Below, one piece after another: positions 27,650-36,989 of a stretch of DNA of 64,000 nucleotides. Source of the stretch: an uncultured bacterium. Lineage in GTDB: Bacteria; Desulfobacterota; BSN033; UBA1163. The position numbers and the translations under genes are program-made. Location of the stretch: assembly GCA_938002255.1 (NCBI GenBank), contig CALLAL010000016.1, forward strand, positions 75,038 through 139,037, given 5' to 3'. Under the pieces are notes generated by a model. The model did no database searches, was not told the origin of the DNA, and saw only the letters and a list, made by a program, of their open reading frames with translations. The stretch's first letter is position 1, and each line of letters starts with the position of its first letter.

Positions 27650-29008
27650 ATGAAGAAGCAAAGCGACCTTTTTGAGAAAAAAGGAGAGACATCGTTCCGG
27701 AAGGAAGCTCCGCTGGCTGAACGGTTGAGACCGAAAACCTTGGAGGAGTTCGTAGGTCAGGATCATCTTTTGGGACAAGGCAAGGTTCTTCGCCAAGCCA
27801 TTGAGTCAGATCATATCCCCTCGATGATCCTCTGGGGGCCGCCTGGGTCTGGGAAAACGACCCTGGCCATGCTCATCGCTTCAGTGACCCGCGCGAAATT
27901 CATTGCCTTCAGTGCAGTCCTTTCAGGTGTTAAAGAGATTAAGGAAGTGATCCATGAGGCGGAAGAGGAGTGGAAGTACCAGAAGAGAAGGACGATTCTC
28001 TTCGTGGATGAGATTCACCGGTTCAACAAGGCCCAGCAGGATGCCTTTCTTCCCCATGTGGAAAGAGGTACGATCATCCTGATCGGAGCGACCACAGAAA
28101 ACCCTTCCTTTGAGGTGATCTCTCCTCTGCTTTCGAGAGCAAAGGTTTTCACCCTCCGTCCCTTAACCGAAGGGGAGATCGAAGTCCTTTTAAGGAGGGC
28201 CTTGAATGATCCAGAAAGAGGATTGGGACGGTTTTTCGCCGATATGGATGAAGAGGTCATCAAAAGGGTATGTCGCCTCGCCAACGGGGATGCCCGGATG
28301 GGGTTGAATACACTGGAAATGATGGTGCTAACAACGCCCCCTGATCAGGAAGGAATCCGCCATATCACCCTCCAGAACCTTGAAGAGGTTCTCCAGAGAA
28401 AGACTTTTCTCTATGATAAATCCGGAGAGGAACATTACAATCTGATCTCCGCTTTCCATAAGAGTCTCAGGGGGAGCGATCCGGATGCCGCTCTCTACTG
28501 GCTGGGAAGAATGTTGGAGGCGGGAGAGGATCCACTTTACATCGCCAGGAGGATGATTCGTTTTGCGTCCGAGGATGTGGGAAATGCCGATCCTCAAGCC
28601 TTACAGGTTTCAGTGGCTGCCATGGAGGCGTTTCATTTCATTGGCCTTCCGGAAGGGAATCTGGCCCTTGCCCAAACCGCTGTTTATCTGGCAACAGCTC
28701 CTAAGTCCAATGCCATCTACAAGGCTTTTCAGGCAGTTCAGCAAGATGTCCGGGAACTTGAGAACCAGCCTGTTCCTCTTCACCTTCGAAATCCGGTGAC
28801 CTCCTTGATGAAGAACCTGGGCTACGGAAAAGATTATAAGTATCCCCATGATTATCCAGATCATTTTGTCGAAGAGGCATACCTACCCGAAAACCTGAAA
28901 GGGCGGACCTATTATCAACCAACCGAACAGGGATTCGAAAAGGAGATCAAAAAGAGATTGGAATTCTGGAGAAGCAAGAAAGGCAAAAGTCATAGAATAG
29001 AGCCTTAA
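27650..29008 (+). CDS. rarA: Replication-associated recombination protein A (AAA+ ATPase)
   Basis: Walker A GPPGSGKTTLA, Walker B ILFVDEIHRFNK, MgsA C-terminal domain. Confidence 0.85.
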   Translation: MKKQSDLFEKKGETSFRKEAPLAERLRPKTLEEFVGQDHLLGQGKVLRQAIESDHIPSMILWGPPGSGKTTLAMLIASVTRAKFIAFSAVLSGVKEIKEVIHEAEEEWKYQKRRTILFVDEIHRFNKAQQDAFLPHVERGTIILIGATTENPSFEVISPLLSRAKVFTLRPLTEGEIEVLLRRALNDPERGLGRFFADMDEEVIKRVCRLANGDARMGLNTLEMMVLTTPPDQEGIRHITLQNLEEVLQRKTFLYDKSGEEHYNLISAFHKSLRGSDPDAALYWLGRMLEAGEDPLYIARRMIRFASEDVGNADPQALQVSVAAMEAFHFIGLPEGNLALAQTAVYLATAPKSNAIYKAFQAVQQDVRELENQPVPLHLRNPVTSLMKNLGYGKDYKYPHDYPDHFVEEAYLPENLKGRTYYQPTEQGFEKEIKKRLEFWRSKKGKSHRIEP

Positions 29009-29067
29009 AAGGCTCAGTCATACTTTTTTTTATTCACCCTATCTCCCATACTCTCCCCCTCCCTCCA

Positions 29068-29835
29068 TCATTTTTTCCCTTTCACGCCTTCGCCAGTCAT
29101 GGGGACGAAGAGGACCGGGATGACATCCGTCGTCTCTATCTTCCCCGATCGTTTAACAATCTTTTTCAATTCCTGGGAGTATGTTCCTACGGGAACGACG
29201 AGCCGCCCGCCTTCTTTGAGTTGATCGAGGAGGGGCTCGGGAATGTGGTCGGGCGCACAGGTAACCATAATGGCATCAAAAGGAGCATGTTCAGGCCATC
29301 CTAAATACCCGTCGCCCGCCTTCACCTGAATGTTTTGGTAGCCCAGCTCCATGAGCAGGGTTTTAGCTGTGGAGGCGAGCGTTTCAATGATCTCGATGGT
29401 ATAAACCTCTTTGGCCAACTCTGCAAGAATGGCAGCCTGGTATCCTGACCCCGTGCCAATCTCCAACACCCTCTCTTTTCCTTTCAGGTCTAATAACTCC
29501 GTCATCAGGGCCACGATGTATGGCTGGGAGATGGTCTGCCCTTCTCCGATGGGAAGCGGTTGGTCCGAATAGGCTTGGGATTCGTAAGATTTGGGGACGA
29601 AGCGATGGCGTTCAACCTTCAGCATGGCGGAAAGGACCCGTTCATCCTTAATTCCCCGGCTTTTGATCTGCGTTTCGACCATCTTTTGGCGCATGGCTTG
29701 GAAGTCCTTTTCGGAATCCGATGAGGGATGCCATCTCACTCCATCACAGTTGGCTGTAAGAGCCAACAGGAGCATCCCGATAAGAATGATCAAGACTTTC
29801 CCCTTCATTAAAAAAAGGTTATCATAATTTTGCAA
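29068..29835 (-). CDS. pcm: Protein-L-isoaspartate O-methyltransferase with N-terminal signal peptide
   Basis: PIMT motifs VLEIGTGSGYQAAILAEL and GGRLVVPVG. N-terminal hydrophobic leader (KVLIILIGMLLLALTANC) absent from cytoplasmic Pcm. Confidence 0.8.
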   Translation of the reverse strand: MQNYDNLFLMKGKVLIILIGMLLLALTANCDGVRWHPSSDSEKDFQAMRQKMVETQIKSRGIKDERVLSAMLKVERHRFVPKSYESQAYSDQPLPIGEGQTISQPYIVALMTELLDLKGKERVLEIGTGSGYQAAILAELAKEVYTIEIIETLASTAKTLLMELGYQNIQVKAGDGYLGWPEHAPFDAIMVTCAPDHIPEPLLDQLKEGGRLVVPVGTYSQELKKIVKRSGKIETTDVIPVLFVPMTGEGVKGKK

Positions 29836-29866
29836 GACCTGTCAATTTTTGAACTTGAGTTGACAG

Positions 29867-30091
29867 TAATCCCTCAGTTATGGGGTGTTTTCGGTTTTAA
29901 AGGGTTGGAACGTTACCCCTCCAAAACCTTGAATAGCGGTTATAAAAGGTTACCCTCATCGGGGTCCTCAGGCCCTTTGAATCGGATTTTTTTGAATCAG
30001 ATTGGGTCGTTTTGACAAACAGAGGTTTCGCTTCAAGGTTTTTCCGAGGCAACCTCCCAACCCTTTTTTATTTCTTTAACTGAGGGGTTAC
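29867..30091 (+). mobile_element. MITE-like non-coding repeat, copy 3 (9-bp TSD AGTTGACAG)
   Basis: TAATCCCTCAGT ... ACTGAGGGGTTAC with AGTTGACAG direct repeats at 29858-29866 and 30092-30100. Lies between divergent pcm and TPR genes. ORF-track ORF 29830..30015 inside it is judged spurious. Confidence 0.7.
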
Positions 30092-30137
30092 AGTTGACAG
30101 GGCTTTAATCTTTCTGATAATTTTTTATAAAGACAGG

Positions 30138-33100
30138 ATGGTTATGTTCAAGAGATTAGCGAAACTGATCAGCCTCTTTCTCCTTCTTTCGGTCGCTCTC
30201 TCTTTGACGACCCTTGAAAGCCAGGATCAACCCCGAGGCCGAATGCGATCGCAGGAAATTATTTTTTTAGGAAGAGACGAGACCAAATGGATCGAAGGGC
30301 GTGACATTCCCCTTCCCCTTATCGTCGCTCAAGGAGTCAAACAGGAAGCCACGTTAGAGATGTTTGACCTTAGGGAAGATCAGATCGGTCCCATGAGGAA
30401 AATGAGTCCTTCAACCACCCAACCCGGTTGTGCTTATACCAGTCGCCTCACAGGGGGGATGACGAGCAGTGATAAAGCTTTTTATGAGAGAGGAAGATAC
30501 TCCTACTTACAGGGAGAGTACGAGAAAGCCATTCAACTCTTTCGGCGTTTGATAGAGGAACACCCCGAGAGCCTCATGAAAGGTTCAACTCTCTATTGGA
30601 TGGGAGAGGCAAAGTACCAGCTGGGAAAAATCGAGGAGGCTTTTACCGATTTTAAAAGAGTGATAGATGAATTTCCCGAAAATGAATTTATTTCCTACGC
30701 TCTCTATTCTTGCGGTTGGATCCAGCTCAGACGGGGATTGTTTGAGGAAGGAAGCCGATTTTTTCGAAGGGCGTACGATAAAAATCCTGCCCTTTCTATT
30801 GCCCAGTCTTCCCTCTTCTGGTCAGGGTATTGTCTTTATCACCTGGGACGATATGCAGAAGCGATGAGGGAGATCGAGACTCACCTCCAACACTATCCAG
30901 AAGGCATCTGGAGGCCCGAAGCAGAATATCTCTTAGGAGTGACCACCTTTAGACTCCAGAAATACGAAGAGGCGGCGGCACTTTTTAGAAACTTCTTAAG
31001 ACGCTATCCTCGCCATCCTCTGGAAGAGAGTGGCCGTTATGCTCTGGCATGGTGCCAGGTCTCCCTTGGACACTATGCAGAGGGGCGGAAAACATTCGAA
31101 GAGATCCTTCTCCATTTCCCCGCCACCCCTTTGTCCGATCCTATCTTCTGGGGAGTGGTGAAGACGTATCTTGGGGAGAACGAGGTAGAAAAGGCAACCC
31201 AGTTCTACCAGAGATTTCTTTCCCAATTTCTCATTTCCCCATGGGCGGAGCGATGTCTTTTCGATATTGGACGATACTATTTTGACCAAAAGGAGTATTC
31301 CCTTGCTGTCGTCACGTTCAGGCAATTTCTAAAAACGTATCCAGAAAATGATCTTCAAGAATGGGTCTATTTTATGTTGGGGGAATCCCTGTTCAATCAG
31401 AAGAATTATGCCGATGCGATTGGTGCCTACCGGCAAGTCTTATGGTTGAAAAGGATGGCGCAACTTGAGGATCGGGTTTATGGGAGGTTAGGATATTGCC
31501 ATTTTCTATTGAAACAATATGATGAGGCCATCGGGTATTGGGAAAGATTCCTCAGAGAATTTCCAGACCATCCCGAAAAGAATGAAATCCTTTACTGGTT
31601 GGCAGAAAGTCATCTGATTAAAGAAGATTATCGCCATGCCGTTCAATATGTGGACCGATTGAAGGACGTTCCTTCCCTTTATCCCAAAAGCCTAACGAGT
31701 TTAGGGTGGTACCATTTTCAAAAAGGAGAATGGAAGGAGGCCAATCAATATTTTCTCAAGATTTTATCTGAATTTCCAGAATACCGCTCCTCTCCTCCTC
31801 TCCCCCTTTTGATTGGTCAATGTTTTTTAAATCAGAATGATTACGGGCAGGCCAAAATTTATTTAGAACGTCTCATCCAATCCCCTGATGAAGAGGGAAA
31901 GGAAAAGGGTTTCTATCTGTTGGGATGGATTGCTTACCGGGAAGAACGGTTCGATGATGCTTTAAATTACTTCCAAACTCTACAGGCTTCTTTTCCCTCA
32001 AGTTCCTATCACGATGAAGCTCAGTATTGGATCGGCTGGTCCTATTTTCGGAAAAAGAATTTTATAAAAGCCGTTGAAGCCTTCCGTGTGGTCGTAAGGC
32101 AATTTCCCCAAAGTCCATTTGTTCCGTCTTCCCTATTGAAGATCGGTGACAGTTATTACAATGTAAAACAGTATGGGAATGCGATCCAATTCTATCAGCA
32201 GTTGATTCGAGAATACGGTAAGTCGAAGGAAGCGCCTGAAGCGGAGTATGGCATCCTCCTCTCCTATCTTCAGGAGAAGAGATACGACCTCTTTGTTAGC
32301 CGAGTGGAGGCCTTCGTCAAACGTTACCCTCAGCACTCCCTCTCGGGTCAAGCGCTCATGCAATTGGGAGATTATTTCCAGCAGTCGCGGGCTCTTGATA
32401 AAGCTCTCAAAACGTATCAAGAGGTCATCCGACTTCATCCTCATAGCCAAGGGGCAGAAGAGGCTCAATTTCGACTCGCTCTCCTTCTGAAGATGGAGAG
32501 GCGTTGGTCCGAAGCCTTAGAGGAGATGGAGCGATTTATCAAACATTACCCAAAAAGCCACCTCCTGATGGATGCCTGTTTAGAGGCAGGGGATCTCCAT
32601 CTGTTGCTTAAAGCTTATCCGAAAGCATTGGACTATTTTGATGGCGTGAGGCGAAATTCGGGAAAGCCGTTGTTCATACAGAAAAGTCTTTTAGGGATGG
32701 AAGAGGCCTATCGGGGCCTTGGCAAGTTAGAAGAGGCTGAGAAGGTGTTAAAGGAGTTGATAGACAAATTTCCTCATGATGAGTTGCGGTTCGAAGCACA
32801 TTTCAGGATCGGTCTCCTTGCTCTTTCTCAGAAGCGATTTTCCGATGCCATCCCTTCTTTTTTTGCAGCCTCGAAAAGTCCTGAAGAAAGAATCGCCAGT
32901 CAGACCCAATTTAAACTTGGAGAGGCCTATATGGGTTTAGGTCATCGAGAGACCGCGATCCTCCAGTTTTCGAAAGTTCTTTATCTCTATCCCCACCTTA
33001 CTGAATTGGGTGAAGAATCTCTTTTAAGATTAGGGACCCTCTACATGGAAACAAAAAGGTTTTCCGAAGCCAAACAGGTTTATCAAAAACTCTTAGACCG

Positions 33101-33176
33101 GACAAGCCGTGAAGATCGGAAAAGGATGGCTAAACAGATGCTCCATCAGATTCAGCAGGAGGCCACTCGTCCATGA
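30138..33176 (+). CDS. Large secreted tetratricopeptide-repeat (TPR) protein
   Basis: Signal peptide, 1012 aa. More than 15 TPR-like 34-aa repeats (recurrent W/Y-x-x-G-x-x-Y/F-x-x-x-x-Y-x-x-A patterns). Confidence 0.7.
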   Translation: MVMFKRLAKLISLFLLLSVALSLTTLESQDQPRGRMRSQEIIFLGRDETKWIEGRDIPLPLIVAQGVKQEATLEMFDLREDQIGPMRKMSPSTTQPGCAYTSRLTGGMTSSDKAFYERGRYSYLQGEYEKAIQLFRRLIEEHPESLMKGSTLYWMGEAKYQLGKIEEAFTDFKRVIDEFPENEFISYALYSCGWIQLRRGLFEEGSRFFRRAYDKNPALSIAQSSLFWSGYCLYHLGRYAEAMREIETHLQHYPEGIWRPEAEYLLGVTTFRLQKYEEAAALFRNFLRRYPRHPLEESGRYALAWCQVSLGHYAEGRKTFEEILLHFPATPLSDPIFWGVVKTYLGENEVEKATQFYQRFLSQFLISPWAERCLFDIGRYYFDQKEYSLAVVTFRQFLKTYPENDLQEWVYFMLGESLFNQKNYADAIGAYRQVLWLKRMAQLEDRVYGRLGYCHFLLKQYDEAIGYWERFLREFPDHPEKNEILYWLAESHLIKEDYRHAVQYVDRLKDVPSLYPKSLTSLGWYHFQKGEWKEANQYFLKILSEFPEYRSSPPLPLLIGQCFLNQNDYGQAKIYLERLIQSPDEEGKEKGFYLLGWIAYREERFDDALNYFQTLQASFPSSSYHDEAQYWIGWSYFRKKNFIKAVEAFRVVVRQFPQSPFVPSSLLKIGDSYYNVKQYGNAIQFYQQLIREYGKSKEAPEAEYGILLSYLQEKRYDLFVSRVEAFVKRYPQHSLSGQALMQLGDYFQQSRALDKALKTYQEVIRLHPHSQGAEEAQFRLALLLKMERRWSEALEEMERFIKHYPKSHLLMDACLEAGDLHLLLKAYPKALDYFDGVRRNSGKPLFIQKSLLGMEEAYRGLGKLEEAEKVLKELIDKFPHDELRFEAHFRIGLLALSQKRFSDAIPSFFAASKSPEERIASQTQFKLGEAYMGLGHRETAILQFSKVLYLYPHLTELGEESLLRLGTLYMETKRFSEAKQVYQKLLDRTSREDRKRMAKQMLHQIQQEATRP

Positions 33177-34000
33177 AGAATAGAAAAAATGGGGCTCGTA
33201 AAAAATGGGTCATCCCTTTGATCAGTTTCTTGATTCTTGGAATCCTGGTCTTAATGGGGGTCCTCTTTTCCTCCCCTCAACGATGGTTCTATGAACGGGA
33301 ATGGCGCATCCTGACTCGGGAAGTCAGAAAAATTATGGGCCTTAAGCCGAAGGATGAGGTTCCGGCAGAGGAAAAGAGAATCCGCGAAGAACTCATCCTC
33401 CGGAAGATGGATGAAGCCGGAGCCCACCAAGATTGGAGATCCCTTGCTCCAGAATATCCTAAGCCTAAACGGGTGGAAGGAGAAACGGAGGAGGAAAGGA
33501 TCAAAGCCTTCCGAAAGACACCAGAGTTTCAAACCCTTGAAAGAGAGCTGAAGGACTATTTGAAAAAGAAAGAGGATGCGTTACTGCCCACTCCTCCTGT
33601 TCCATCCCTGAAAGACGGTTTAAAAGTTCCTAAGATGAAAGATGGAGGGGAGGAAAAGATCCTTGAGAAATTGATGGCGATAAAAGAGAAGCCTTTGCCT
33701 GAAAAACCCTTAGAAGAAAATCTTCAATTAGGCATCAAAGGGGCTCTGGTTTATCGAAAAATTTTGGAGAGACCACCACCTCCCCAAGTCAAGATGAAGG
33801 TGGAAGCAGAAATTGAGATGACCCTCTGGGTGTTGCCTAATGGAATGGTAGATAGGGTGATTCCAACAATCAAAGGGGATGCAGAACTGGAAAGAATTGC
33901 GAGTCAATATCTCCGACAATGGCGATTCGCTCCCCTTCCGAGGGATCAACCTCAGGTAGAGCAATCCGGGACAATCCCCATTAAATTCAAACTGCAATAG
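33173..34000 (+). CDS. TonB-family energy-transducer-like protein
   Basis: N-terminal TM anchor, Pro/Glu/Lys-rich spacer, C-terminal TonB-like domain (VEAEIEMTLWVLPNGMVDRVIP...RQWRFAPLP). ATG overlaps the TPR gene stop. Confidence 0.6.
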   Translation: MKNRKNGARKKWVIPLISFLILGILVLMGVLFSSPQRWFYEREWRILTREVRKIMGLKPKDEVPAEEKRIREELILRKMDEAGAHQDWRSLAPEYPKPKRVEGETEEERIKAFRKTPEFQTLERELKDYLKKKEDALLPTPPVPSLKDGLKVPKMKDGGEEKILEKLMAIKEKPLPEKPLEENLQLGIKGALVYRKILERPPPPQVKMKVEAEIEMTLWVLPNGMVDRVIPTIKGDAELERIASQYLRQWRFAPLPRDQPQVEQSGTIPIKFKLQ

Positions 34001-34004
34001 AACC

Positions 34005-34328
34005 ATGGTAATCCACCTCAGGAAAAAGACTCTCTTCTTTTTCATCCTCGTGATCTTTCTCCTGTTTGGAGTTTTTACCTTTTTCGGCGATAAAGGGATC
34101 TTTCACCTTTTGAAGCTCAAGAAGGAGTTAGCCAGACTCCAAGAGATCAACGCAAAAATCGAGGAGGAAAATCGGAAATTAAAAGAAGAAGTTCGGCGAT
34201 TACAATATGAAAAGCAATACATCGAGGAAATTGCCAGAAAAGAGTTGGGATTGGTTAAAGAAGGGGAGATGATTTATCAATTCGACCTTCCACAGGATAA
34301 AACGAATCAGAAGAAAGAGAACCGATAA
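34005..34328 (+). CDS. ftsB: Cell division protein FtsB/DivIC-like (septum formation initiator)
   Basis: Single N-terminal TM followed by a coiled coil (LKKELARLQEINAKIEEENRKLKEEVRRLQYEKQYIEEIARKELGLVKEGE). Confidence 0.6.
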   Translation: MVIHLRKKTLFFFILVIFLLFGVFTFFGDKGIFHLLKLKKELARLQEINAKIEEENRKLKEEVRRLQYEKQYIEEIARKELGLVKEGEMIYQFDLPQDKTNQKKENR

Positions 34329-34410
34329 CACGAATCGTCTCGTCTGAGAGGGTTTCATTCATGGCATTCGTTTTACTTTGAGTCATTCGTGCATGCCGGA
34401 GGGATAGGAA

Positions 34411-35280
34411 GTGAAATACGAGGGAATGATTTTTAGACCTCCCAGTGAAGCAGAAAGCTTGATTCTTCAAGTCACGGTAGGCTGTTCTTACAATCGATGC
34501 ACGTTCTGCGGAGCCTATCGTGGAAAAAACTTTCGAATCAAAACGTTCGAGGAAATTAAGGAGGATATTGATGAGGCGAGGGCTTATCCGATTCGGAGGG
34601 TTTTCCTGGCGGATGGAGATGCGTTGATTATTCCACAAAAGGAACTGATTCAGATTCTGTCCTATCTTCAGAGGTCGCTCAGGCGACTCGAACGAGTTGG
34701 GATTTATGCCAATGCCAGAGATATCCTTCGAAAAAGTACGGAAGAATTAAAGGCGCTTCAAAAGCTTGGACTGGGAATCATCTATCTGGGGTTGGAATCA
34801 GGGGATCCAGAAGTGTTGAAGCGGATTAAGAAGAATGCTACAGTGGATCAGATGGTCCAGGCTGCCCGCAGGGTGAAGGAATCCGGGATTCTTCTTTCGG
34901 TGACCGTCATTTTGGGTCTTGGTGGCGTTGAGGGCAGTCAGACCCATGCTCGGAAAACAGGCGAGGTTCTTTCAGAGATGGATCCAGACTTTGTTGGAGC
35001 CCTTTCACTGATGATTGTTCCAGGAACGCCGATTGAAAAAGAGATTGATGAGGGACGGTTGGTACTCCCTACGCCTTTTGGCTTGATCCAGGAACTCGAG
35101 ACAATGATTGAACAGAGTCACATGACCCATTGCTTCTTTGCATCCAACCACGCTTCCAATTACCTTCCCCTTCGTTTCTGGATCCCAGAAAAGAAGGAAG
35201 AAGCATTACAGCGAATTCGAGACGTCCTTAGGCGGAAAGACCCGGCTTTGCTTAGACCCGAATACCTAAGAGGCCTCTAA
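34411..35280 (+). CDS. Radical SAM domain protein
   Basis: Cys cluster GCSYNRCTFCG (CX4CX2C spacing rather than the canonical CX3CX2C), GLESG motif and TIM-barrel-like length. Confidence 0.65.
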   Translation: MKYEGMIFRPPSEAESLILQVTVGCSYNRCTFCGAYRGKNFRIKTFEEIKEDIDEARAYPIRRVFLADGDALIIPQKELIQILSYLQRSLRRLERVGIYANARDILRKSTEELKALQKLGLGIIYLGLESGDPEVLKRIKKNATVDQMVQAARRVKESGILLSVTVILGLGGVEGSQTHARKTGEVLSEMDPDFVGALSLMIVPGTPIEKEIDEGRLVLPTPFGLIQELETMIEQSHMTHCFFASNHASNYLPLRFWIPEKKEEALQRIRDVLRRKDPALLRPEYLRGL

Positions 35281-35345
35281 ATGGAGGCATGAAGCGAACG
35301 GGAAGGATTGACATAAAGGATGAAGAACCAATCGAATGAGGTGAG

Positions 35346-35750
35346 GTGATGAAGGATTTTGTGGATGTAAACATTCGCGTCAGATATGCCGAGACCGATC
35401 AGATGGGGGTGGCTTATTATGCCAATTACCTCATCTGGTTTGAAGTGGGAAGGTCGGAATTCTGCCGTAAAAAGGAATTTCGTTATGCTGACCTTGAAGC
35501 AATGGGGTATCGGCTCGTCGTTACCGAGGTCCATTGTCGTTATCGAGGATCGGCTAAATATGATGAACTTATTATCATTCGAACACAATTGAAACACCTG
35601 AATAAACGAAAAATCACTTTTGGATATCACATATTACGGGAGGAGAGTAAGGAAGTTATCGCTGAGGGAGAAACCCAGCACATCTGTGTCGATTCTAACG
35701 GAAAGACGAAGAGCCTTCCAGAGAAATTCCTTCATTGCCTTGCTCAATAA
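35346..35750 (+). CDS. Acyl-CoA thioesterase, YbgC/FadM (4HBT) family
   Basis: VRYAETDQMGVAYYANYLIWFEVGR is the canonical YbgC N-terminal motif. Confidence 0.7.
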   Translation: MMKDFVDVNIRVRYAETDQMGVAYYANYLIWFEVGRSEFCRKKEFRYADLEAMGYRLVVTEVHCRYRGSAKYDELIIIRTQLKHLNKRKITFGYHILREESKEVIAEGETQHICVDSNGKTKSLPEKFLHCLAQ

Positions 35751-35774
35751 CACACGGATCAGCCTGCCAATTTC

Positions 35775-36881
35775 TTGAAAATTGGAGGACAATGGGATAA
35801 TCTCATCTTATATCGTATGATGTTTGAGAAAAAGATTCTCATTGTGAGGCTGAGTGCCGTGGGTGACGTGATTCGGACACTTCCTGCGGTAAAGGCTATT
35901 AAATCTTATTATCCCTCTGCTTCCCTTACCTGGATGGTTGAAGAACCCTCCAGGGCTTTTCTGGAAAGCCAACCCGAGATTGATGAGGTCATTCTCTTTC
36001 CAAGGCAGAAATGGTCAGCAGGGATGAAGTCTCCAAAGGGATGGTATAAAACCATCAGAGACGTTCAGACGTTTATTCAAACCCTTCGGCAAAAGAAGTT
36101 TGACCTTGTCCTGGATTTTCATGGAATTCTCAAAAGTGGTCTCCTCTCATTCCTTTCCGGTGCTCCCGGGAGGATCGGGTTTGAACGGACATCAAGTAAA
36201 GAAGGCAATTTTCTCTTTTCCAATATCAAAGTTAAACTCCCAGAAAGGAGGGTTAGTCGTTTTGTTAGAAATTTTAGCCTCCTGAATGGGTTGGGTTTGG
36301 AGGTTCCTCCTCAAAACTATCCGCTCTTTATCCCGGAAAAGGACAAGGAATACGTTAAGTATTTTTTTGACCAATTAGGTCCTTTACCTTTCCCGACCAT
36401 TGCCATTCATCCAGGAACAAGCCCTAAAACCCATTATAAACGGTGGTTTCCAGAGAGATACGCTCAATTAGCGGACCGATTAGTTCGCGAATTAAAGGCT
36501 TCGATCCTTTTTACCTGGGGGCCTGGTGAATTGGATTGGGTTAAACAAATCCAGATGAGGATGCAAGAACCTTCGTTTATTGGACTTCAGACCCATTCTC
36601 TCACCCAATTGGGAGAAATTTATCGGAATTGCGATCTTTTTATTGGTGGGGACACGGGTCCCATGCATATTGCTTCACTCATGGGAATCCCTGTCGTGGT
36701 GATTTACGGTCCCACAGACCCGGTTCTAAACGAGCCTTTTGGGGTTCATCAAAAGGTTATTAAAAATGTTGGATGTAATCCATGTAGAAATCGCTCATGC
36801 CAAAGGCTTAAATGTTTGGAGACTATATCCGTTGACGATGTTTTTAAGGCAACAAGAGAAGTATTACGCATAACTGCTTGA
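35775..36881 (+). CDS. GT9 family ADP-heptose:LPS heptosyltransferase
   Basis: ILIVRLSAVGDVIRTLPAVKAIK N-terminal GT9 motif. C-terminal GGDTGPMHIAS. Start may be ATG 35817. Confidence 0.75.
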   Translation: MKIGGQWDNLILYRMMFEKKILIVRLSAVGDVIRTLPAVKAIKSYYPSASLTWMVEEPSRAFLESQPEIDEVILFPRQKWSAGMKSPKGWYKTIRDVQTFIQTLRQKKFDLVLDFHGILKSGLLSFLSGAPGRIGFERTSSKEGNFLFSNIKVKLPERRVSRFVRNFSLLNGLGLEVPPQNYPLFIPEKDKEYVKYFFDQLGPLPFPTIAIHPGTSPKTHYKRWFPERYAQLADRLVRELKASILFTWGPGELDWVKQIQMRMQEPSFIGLQTHSLTQLGEIYRNCDLFIGGDTGPMHIASLMGIPVVVIYGPTDPVLNEPFGVHQKVIKNVGCNPCRNRSCQRLKCLETISVDDVFKATREVLRITA

Positions 36882-36939
36882 AAATATTTTGGTATTGACT
36901 TTAACGATATTATAGAATAATCTATGATGGATGTTAAAA

Positions 36940-36969
36940 GGGGGCAGAAATCCTCATCTGTCCCCTTTT
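36940..36969 (+). terminator. Stem-loop with T-tract downstream of first heptosyltransferase
   Basis: GGGGGCAGA-aatcctca-TCTGTCCCC followed by TTTT. Confidence 0.35.
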
Positions 36970-36989
36970 GAACAGGTTAGGAACGCCCT

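Noticed and set aside
36893-36925. Possible sigma70 promoter TTGACT ... TATAGAAT between the two heptosyltransferase genes
   Set aside because: The spacer lengths for any -10 candidate (TATAGA or TAGAAT) are 10-12 bp, too short. Only a weak TAATCT fits 17 bp, so it was not called as a feature.
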